Positions 18,645 to 25,261 of a stretch of 25,261 bases of DNA are shown here, piece by piece. The notes beneath the pieces were generated by a model. It did not search any database, was not told where the DNA came from, and saw only the letters and a program-made list of their open reading frames with translations. The position numbers and the translations under genes were made by a program. This DNA comes from Tortispora ganteri (Eukaryota). Position 1 is the first letter of the stretch. Every line of letters starts with the position of its first letter. Location: assembly GCA_003707115.1 (NCBI GenBank), contig PPNB01000028.1, forward strand, positions 62,001 through 87,261. The letters run 5' to 3'.

Positions 18645-19307
18645 CTACTCGGTCTTTTTGTTGCTCTTCTGCGCCTCCTCAAATGCCTCTTTGAATTTGT
18701 TGGCATTCTCAGAATTGCCAAATCGAATAGCAAACGTGTGTGCCTCAGGTTCGCCTTCTGAAATATCCGCGGGACATGTATACACCCAGCTTCGGTCTGA
18801 TCCCACATTAGGCTTCAGTGTCATCTCAGGGTACACAAAGTGGTTAGCACAGACTTTCAGCGTCTTGTCTCTTCTCATTAAAAGTCGAACCTTGCCCGTC
18901 TTCTTGTGCTTTAACAGTCTAACGTCACCAGTACCGCGTTCCTTCCATTGGCCCCCTTCCTCGGCGTCAAATCTGAAAAGTTTCGCTCGCATCTTAAATA
19001 TCGCTTCCTCATCCTCCTCGTTCGTCTTCACTTCTACCTTCTCAAGATTTACAAGTGGCTCAAAGTGTACGTCAGCCTCCTCTTCATCAGCTTTCTCCTC
19101 TTTGTCTTCCTTCTCTTCTTTCTCTTCTTTCTCTTCATCCTTTTCTTCCTTCTTAGGCTTCGCTCCGCCAAACATAGAGAACACACTGCCCATCGCAGCC
19201 TTGCCCTTCTCTTCAACGACCTTCACCTCCTCTCCGGCGGCCTCTATGACTTTCTCAACGTCTTTCTTGATCGTCTCACCAATAGTACTCTCTTTGCTCT
19301 CGCTCAT
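18645..19307 (-). CDS. YRB1: Ran-binding protein 1 (RanBP1)
   Basis: [65 protein letters not shown]. Confidence 0.96.
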   Translation of the reverse strand: MSESKESTIGETIKKDVEKVIEAAGEEVKVVEEKGKAAMGSVFSMFGGAKPKKEEKDEEKEEKEEKEDKEEKADEEEADVHFEPLVNLEKVEVKTNEEDEEAIFKMRAKLFRFDAEEGGQWKERGTGDVRLLKHKKTGKVRLLMRRDKTLKVCANHFVYPEMTLKPNVGSDRSWVYTCPADISEGEPEAHTFAIRFGNSENANKFKEAFEEAQKSNKKTE

Positions 19308-19364
19308 GTTGTCGTGTGTCGCTCTAAGTTTGGTTCTCTCGCTCCTTCCAAAACTTTCCTAAAG

Positions 19365-19372
19365 CCGGGTAA
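19365..19372 (-). promoter_or_regulatory. Reb1-type site (CCGGGTAA) upstream of YRB1
   Basis: Exact CCGGGTAA, about 60 bp upstream of the YRB1 ATG. Confidence 0.5.
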
Positions 19373-19543
19373 ACCCTTACAACCACTAATAACAAAACTA
19401 CCAATGTCCATGTATATTGTACTTACTGTACAAACAGAAAAAACACAAAAAAGAATGAATGCGAAAAACATTGATATAAATAGCCTCTACGCGGCACCCT
19501 TATGTTTAGGCTCTCAATAGCCTTCAGCGCGGAACAATTACCG

Positions 19544-22234
19544 TTACTTCCACCATCTCGGGCAGACCTTGCACGTCTCTGGCTTCTTGGGCTGCTTACC
19601 CATAACAAGCTTCTTCGCTTGTTCCTGGCATTCGCGTAATCGTTGTCCAATCCATCCATCGAACTTGCTCATATCTTTCCATTCCCGCCATGCAGCTTCC
19701 TTGACCTCGGCTACTCTCAACTTCATTTGTTCCGCACTTTTCCTACCGTAAAACTCTAGCCCTCGCGACAATCGTTTGAAAGCTACATCGCAGTATCCTA
19801 CCGCTGCTCGCCCGTACACATTCGACGAAGACTTCGCTACCTTGTAACCTTCGGTTATTGCGTCTTTACTCTTCGTCAGAATACCTGACCCGATTATCTG
19901 GGCTTCGGCAAGCATATCAGCACTCTTCTGCTCAATAATTGGTTTCCATCGACGCCAACTTGATGCCCCTGCTGATGCTAACTCTGCACACCAGTACTTC
20001 GTGGTTTGCTGTCTCTCTATGGAAGTCTCTTTCATTTGTTGCACTTTCGATTTCACTATAACCTTCCATTTCTCGTAAAGAGCAGCAGCATGCTTTTGCC
20101 CAGTTATAACCTGTGGCCTAGCGTATTCCTGCACCTTGCCCAATAGATCCGCAATTTTTTGCGTTTGATGCTCATAGAATTTGTTGGCTTTTTGAAAAGT
20201 TTCACAAACAACCTCTGGTGCATTTGTTGGCTGGTCCATAGGTGTAATCATCGGTGCATTCGCGCTTGTTGTCGCTTTTGAGTAGTATGAACCAGCATAT
20301 CTACTCATAGCATCACAGTACTCGCCGACTATCTCTTTGATATTATACTTCGAGATTAGATTCCATGACGATTCCTCGATAGCAATAATCAGTGTGCTAA
20401 TTGTATCCATGATATAAGTTGCAACAATACCCAGCTTCGAAATCGGTAAATTCAATAAGCCTGAAAATCCTTCGGTGATCTGGTTAAGAGTACTTCCTTC
20501 TGGTTTGTTTGCAGATTCTGTTAATGCTTTGATACCATTCACTTTTTGATCAATGCTGCAAGATTTCAACACAAATGGTTTACAACTGTCGATTTTGGAT
20601 TTCATCAGTACTGAGACACAATACCCATGCAGATTGTGGTCCAGAGGTTTCTGAGTTCTTATTAGAATCAGCTGATATGCTTTCAAGGTCACTGATACAG
20701 CCATCGTGATAGCGTTGTTGTCTGGAGTAAATGTAACTGCGCTAGCTTTCATTCCACATGCGGGCGGCATTTGACATCCATGAACTCTAACGAACAGTTT
20801 ATCCTCATCAATGGCATATACTGATATTGGTGACTTTGCATCATTTGATGTCCTGCAAGATAGATTCTCGGTCTCTCTTATGATTCTCTTGGCTTTTCCG
20901 TAAACATAAGCATTGGTTAGCTTCTCGAGAAAGATGTCAAATATCTCAGGACTCATTTCAGGTACCTTTTTGGCACCTGAAGCCCATCTATCTTCAATTA
21001 GCTTGACTTCAGCCTTGTCACAATCTCTTTGCACAACTCTATTGCTGGGCTTTGTAAGATCGGTTGATGTTTTAACCAGGGCCGTGCTAGTTTCAACGAT
21101 AGCCTTTTCCGCGACAGTATTAACTAGCGAGTTTGAAACATCCTTTCTCAAAATCAGGCTTGTATTGACGGAGGTGTATATAATATCTGTACTTTCGGCA
21201 TGCATTGCCGAAATTTCGCGAAAGTTTTGATACATTCTTGCGGAGTACAAGATCAGCATCAAGGAAACGAATATGGCGGAAGCGGTAAGGTAGAGAAAAT
21301 TTCCATTTATTCTGTTGTGAGTTTCATGTGTTTTGGCCTGAGCGCTTTTCACTGGTACGCCAATAGAATCATCTGAAGGTTTATTAGGATTGTCTGAAAG
21401 AGTGCTATTCGAAAGGACAGAACTCGAAGAAGTACTCTCTACTGGTGTCAGCATATGCTTCAAAATCCTATTAAGCATTCGGTTAGGGAGCTGCATAAAC
21501 AAAGAAAAAGTAATTGGAAATCTAGCGGCGACTGTCAGGTCGATTTTTGCTGATTGCGAGTTATCGATTTCTATGCAAGTATAGACTGAATCCGAGAGGA
21601 GGGGAATCGCAGATAGAGAATCAATGTCTTCATATAATGATACGCACAAAGTCGGCACATCTGATTCAGCTTGAGAAAGGTTCGGCTTGTCTCCTATGAT
21701 AATGATTTTCAACTGGGGATTGGACTCGACGAAAACGAGTTTGGTTTGGGAGACTTCGGCAACAGAAAGAAGTTTTGCCTTTGTACGGTCAAGAATCGCT
21801 GTAGTATCTGCAAAGCTTAGACTAAGAGGTTCAATTGCAACCTTAATGGTGTTTGGAAGCATTTCTGAAGCAATTACGTATCGCAGCGAGTTCCACACAG
21901 GACGAGAGTTGGGCTGGTCTAGTATTGCGAGTTTCTGTTGAATCTGGGGAGACACTGGAGCAATGATCTTCCTCAAAGAAGCGGATGTCAATTGCGGCAA
22001 AATAGCAAAAGTTGATATGGAAGATTCTAGGTCAATTTCTGGCATCTGCAGACCTACAAGATCAACAGATTCAGACATTTCGTCTGTAGTTATACTCATT
22101 ATTGATCTGGTGACTAGTTCGAAATCATCAGCAGACGACTGCTGTGAATAGTTGCCTTCATCTGAATCAGATAAGTTCACAGACCAAAGACTTCCGTTCT
22201 CACTAATACTGTCTTCACTTTTCCGTCTTTCCAT
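19544..22234 (-). CDS. Large uncharacterised single-pass membrane protein (probable ATG start 22234, 896 aa)
   Basis: 2.7-kb ORF with an acidic Ser-rich N-terminus, one clear transmembrane segment (FLYLTASAIFVSLMLILYSA, about 21240-21299), a Cys-containing region and long amphipathic helices at the C-terminus. Confidence 0.85.
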   Translation of the reverse strand: MERRKSEDSISENGSLWSVNLSDSDEGNYSQQSSADDFELVTRSIMSITTDEMSESVDLVGLQMPEIDLESSISTFAILPQLTSASLRKIIAPVSPQIQQKLAILDQPNSRPVWNSLRYVIASEMLPNTIKVAIEPLSLSFADTTAILDRTKAKLLSVAEVSQTKLVFVESNPQLKIIIIGDKPNLSQAESDVPTLCVSLYEDIDSLSAIPLLSDSVYTCIEIDNSQSAKIDLTVAARFPITFSLFMQLPNRMLNRILKHMLTPVESTSSSSVLSNSTLSDNPNKPSDDSIGVPVKSAQAKTHETHNRINGNFLYLTASAIFVSLMLILYSARMYQNFREISAMHAESTDIIYTSVNTSLILRKDVSNSLVNTVAEKAIVETSTALVKTSTDLTKPSNRVVQRDCDKAEVKLIEDRWASGAKKVPEMSPEIFDIFLEKLTNAYVYGKAKRIIRETENLSCRTSNDAKSPISVYAIDEDKLFVRVHGCQMPPACGMKASAVTFTPDNNAITMAVSVTLKAYQLILIRTQKPLDHNLHGYCVSVLMKSKIDSCKPFVLKSCSIDQKVNGIKALTESANKPEGSTLNQITEGFSGLLNLPISKLGIVATYIMDTISTLIIAIEESSWNLISKYNIKEIVGEYCDAMSRYAGSYYSKATTSANAPMITPMDQPTNAPEVVCETFQKANKFYEHQTQKIADLLGKVQEYARPQVITGQKHAAALYEKWKVIVKSKVQQMKETSIERQQTTKYWCAELASAGASSWRRWKPIIEQKSADMLAEAQIIGSGILTKSKDAITEGYKVAKSSSNVYGRAAVGYCDVAFKRLSRGLEFYGRKSAEQMKLRVAEVKEAAWREWKDMSKFDGWIGQRLRECQEQAKKLVMGKQPKKPETCKVCPRWWK

Positions 22235-23192
22235 AATTGAATCAAAAATATGAAAAGAATAATGGTATAAATTCTTGGTTCTTGTCACTAGTGGTGGCGT
22301 GGGATAAATTACTTGCTATCATAATCTCTCTAATCTTTGGGAGAAACAAACTGTTGCTATGTGAAAGATTACCATTTTTGGAAAATAACATTTTGGTTAA
22401 TTGAACCTGCTTGACGGTGTTTTATGAGTATTAGTGCTCGTTAATTGGCGGTGCTCTTAAAAATCTGCTTTTTAACGTTTTTTACTATATACTGTTTCTC
22501 TAAAGTTGTTAGGCCCTGATTAATAGTTTTTGCGTGTTACCACATACAAAAAGTATTATGAAAAGTACTACAAAGCAATACAAAACCTTATATCTTATTC
22601 CTTCATTTCGCATCCTCTTGATTCAATGGCTCCCATAATTTTATTGTAGATAGCTAAAAGTATTCGCACTGTCTTTAACACATATATTTTTAGTATTATC
22701 GTCTCTTACACTTGCCCGTCAATGCCTGTCATGTTTACCATACACTTCTATAGAGCAGATAAGCCGTATGGCCTATAAAGTGATCCGCAAAAATTAAAGT
22801 TTACAGTTTATTCAATTCTCCGATCATAAACGAATACCGCTGTTACTTCGTCAGATGAATTTAGCGACTAATTATGCGAAATTGAAAATATAATGTAGAT
22901 TTTTTGTGCCTAATTTACTGTTTGTGCTTGGATATTGTCTGCACAGAAACTTGCATAATTGTGAGAAATATAAAGTTAGACTTTAGAGATATCAATGCAA
23001 ACTAACTTTAATAAAATCTGGCATTAGCATCCTCATACACTTAGAAGCTCTACTTGATGGTTTTTTTGTTATTGACCTATCACAACACTTGATATTGTCA
23101 GATTCATATAACAGTAGTCTTTATTGTCGTCGTATCGTACATTATTACTTCAAGTGTTGCAAAATCAGAAAGTGCGAATACTCCTTCAGAAA

Positions 23193-24683
23193 CTATGCTG
23201 TCCATCCACCCACAACTTCAACCCATTCGCTCAAACAAGAGCCTTCTTTACCTTCAACTTCCTTAACGTCTGTATCACATACGCAGCGACATCCTACACC
23301 GTTCTCTCGCTCGGGGTCAACGTTATCCCAGTATTCATCTTCTTCTAGCACATCACGGTTCGTAGGATCGCCAAAAAAGTATGGCTGCCGCGGAAGCTGC
23401 AAACCAGGCGCATTCGCAGGACAGTGTTGAATAGTCGTGTGTCTGTATCCAATGTCTCTAAAATAATGCACTTGCGAAGGCGATAAAAACAGACCAGTTG
23501 CGAGAGAATGCACTGGAGCATCGCCCCAGCGCTCATTCCAAAACCCTCCTGAAAGGTCTAACGCTTCAAAATAGTCATTGTATTCTTTTGAACGGAAAAA
23601 ATCAAGCCGAGCAATCTCAAAATTAGACCAGAAATGACACATATTATACCGCTCTCCGTTCATAGTCTCCAGATTGCTCTTGTCCTTCTTCCGCTTGTCG
23701 TCATCACTAGCCAAAATGTCATCGGGAAGCGTCTTCTCAGTATCTGAGTCCTTATCCTTCGCAAGAAACATTTCCCACATCCCCTTGCTTGTTATATTGT
23801 TGGCTTGCTTGAACCCAGACGTGTAGCGAAATAAGTTCGGAACTGTCTCTTCAAGTTCCGTGATGGCAATAGTAAACCCGTAGACCTTGTTGTGCTGTTC
23901 CATATAAATAAACGGGTCATACGTAATGTCGCAAAAGTATTTAACGTCCGGCTCAACTCTCCAGTACCAGTCGTACTTCTGCAGCAGCGGATGCTTGTAA
24001 AACCGTCCAGAGTAAAAACGGCACATATGGTGGTATGACGCCATACCACCATACATAATATTACGGTCGCCTTGCGCAGCAATACCTTCTTTGACTTCAT
24101 CTTCCTTGGCCCAAGAAGGGAACTCCCACAAGTCTTTACCGATAACACCAAACTGCACGGCACCAGAAGTGTAGTTCATAACTGTCCGGCGGAACTTGCG
24201 ACTAAATCGCTCGTCGTTCAGAAAAACGTACGGATAATGGAACCATCTGTTGAAATGGCGCTCTATGCTTTTAATAGAGTCCACTACCCCATCGATTTCA
24301 GAGTTTCTAGCGAGAATTACAAGAGCTGCATTTGCTCGTGGAGCAGATACGTCAGGTTCAACGCAGCCAACAAAAAACGGTCGATCAATTTTCGAGTTTA
24401 TGGCGCGGACTTGCGGAGGGCTCCTGCCAATAGGCAGCACGAATCCAGAATTTGTGCTGCAGAAAAACATAAAAGCAATAACAGTGAGTATAATAACGCT
24501 AATTAGAGATATAACGAGGCCCAATGGGATTGATATGCACTGCGTAATTCGAATTCTGCGGTTCATGTTCAGCTTTACCTTATTAACAAGTCGCGTTCGG
24601 AATTTTTCTTTGGCGCTAGACGGCTTGGCGCTCCATTTCGCGTGCGCCAACGGTGAACTTTTCCTCGATTTCGATGCGATCAT
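23193..24683 (-). CDS. KTR5: GT15 (KRE2/MNT1 family) mannosyltransferase, Ktr5/Ktr7-like
   Basis: Type II anchor; ANAALVILARNSE, SIERHFNRWFHYPYVFLND, SYHHMCRFYSG, YWRVEP, YNMCHFWSNFEI, ERWGDAPVH, GCRC. The paralogue assignment and start codon (possibly the later MNRRIRI) are uncertain. Confidence 0.85.
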   Translation of the reverse strand: MIASKSRKSSPLAHAKWSAKPSSAKEKFRTRLVNKVKLNMNRRIRITQCISIPLGLVISLISVIILTVIAFMFFCSTNSGFVLPIGRSPPQVRAINSKIDRPFFVGCVEPDVSAPRANAALVILARNSEIDGVVDSIKSIERHFNRWFHYPYVFLNDERFSRKFRRTVMNYTSGAVQFGVIGKDLWEFPSWAKEDEVKEGIAAQGDRNIMYGGMASYHHMCRFYSGRFYKHPLLQKYDWYWRVEPDVKYFCDITYDPFIYMEQHNKVYGFTIAITELEETVPNLFRYTSGFKQANNITSKGMWEMFLAKDKDSDTEKTLPDDILASDDDKRKKDKSNLETMNGERYNMCHFWSNFEIARLDFFRSKEYNDYFEALDLSGGFWNERWGDAPVHSLATGLFLSPSQVHYFRDIGYRHTTIQHCPANAPGLQLPRQPYFFGDPTNRDVLEEDEYWDNVDPERENGVGCRCVCDTDVKEVEGKEGSCLSEWVEVVGGWTA

Positions 24684-25170
24684 TTTAAATATTATAAGAT
24701 AACAGTGTCAGAGTATAATGTACAAGCGAAGACGAGGCAAAAGAAGCCGAGAAAATGAGTGACAGACGAGGTATATCTAATAATCTGGATAACGCGCGTT
24801 AGTGTATATATCTATGTATGTTAACTAGAAGTTTCGGCGTGAACGTGGATGGTCAATAGAAGAAGTGCGGATCGACGGGCGAAACAGGCTCTAGTTTCAA
24901 AAAAGAGGAAAAAAAGCCAGGGTCCAGATTCTCTTATAGAAGCAAACGCCTTCAGCGGAATTTTTTTTTTTTTCTGAAGAGATTGCCCCGGATAAATTCT
25001 GGTAATTAGCGAAAATAACGGAAAACAAAAAATTAACAAGCAGAAAAAAGAGCGACAGTGGATCGAATCAACGCTCTTTGTTATTTCTGGGTGGTCGGAC
25101 TTATTTCTGTTTGTTCGGAGGTCTAAATGTTTTTTTGAACGAAGAATATGGGCACAAATCGGGACCAATG

Positions 25171-25177
25171 CGGGTAA
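25171..25177 (-). promoter_or_regulatory. Reb1-type site (CGGGTAA)
   Basis: Exact 7-mer in the intergenic region upstream of the KTR gene. Confidence 0.3.
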
Positions 25178-25261
25178 ATTCAGACCACTTTGGCAACCAT
25201 ACAATACCAAAAACAGATCTATTTAAAATGTTGCCTTTTATTGGCTTGTTTATTTGCGTTT

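Noticed and set aside
19308..19426. GTAAGT on the minus strand upstream of YRB1 as a 5'-UTR intron donor
   Set aside because: No CTAAC branch point lies between it and the ATG
18571..19520. Long + strand ORFs (263 and 190 aa) antisense to YRB1
   Set aside because: They start at non-ATG codons and give S/F/L-rich low-complexity translations, which are the mirror of the biased E/K codons of YRB1
24821..25210. 129-aa minus-strand ORF at the window end
   Set aside because: Non-ATG start, it spans a homopolymer tract (poly-K), and it has no recognisable domain; most likely promoter or UTR sequence
1..25261. tRNA, rRNA, snRNA, transposon, CRISPR or bacterial operon-like features
   Set aside because: No tRNA A/B boxes with a cloverleaf, LTRs or terminal inverted repeats, transposase/RT motifs or repeat-spacer arrays were seen by eye. 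A covariance-model scan would be needed to exclude small RNAs.

Overview
Gene-dense, intron-poor DNA from an ascomycete yeast. The extreme compaction and short GTAAGT..CTAAC..YAG introns suggest a Saccharomycotina yeast, possibly Wickerhamiella/Starmerella-like (inference). CTG appears to read as Leu. The window holds about 19 protein-coding genes: the 3' end of an RPEL-repeat gene, a coiled-coil hypothetical, a DOT6/TOD6-like Myb factor, a 2x cNMP-binding/F-box/LRR protein, CGI121, YNG2, MRT4, SNP1, an RnpA-like orphan, MRPL51, DCP2, a two-intron DUF4112 gene, NCS2, SMD3, an IRC6-like gene, PHS1, YRB1, a large single-pass membrane orphan and a KTR5/7-like mannosyltransferase. I found no tRNA, rRNA, transposon or CRISPR features. 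Best leads: (1) a nuclear 163-aa protein that follows the bacterial RNase P protein (RnpA) fold pattern; (2) a cyclic-nucleotide-binding F-box/LRR protein; (3) an Atg39/CCPG1-like membrane orphan with a DDFELV Atg8-binding motif; (4) four same-strand PAC cores upstream of the PAC-binding factor's own gene. All family calls are from motif recognition by eye, not database searches.
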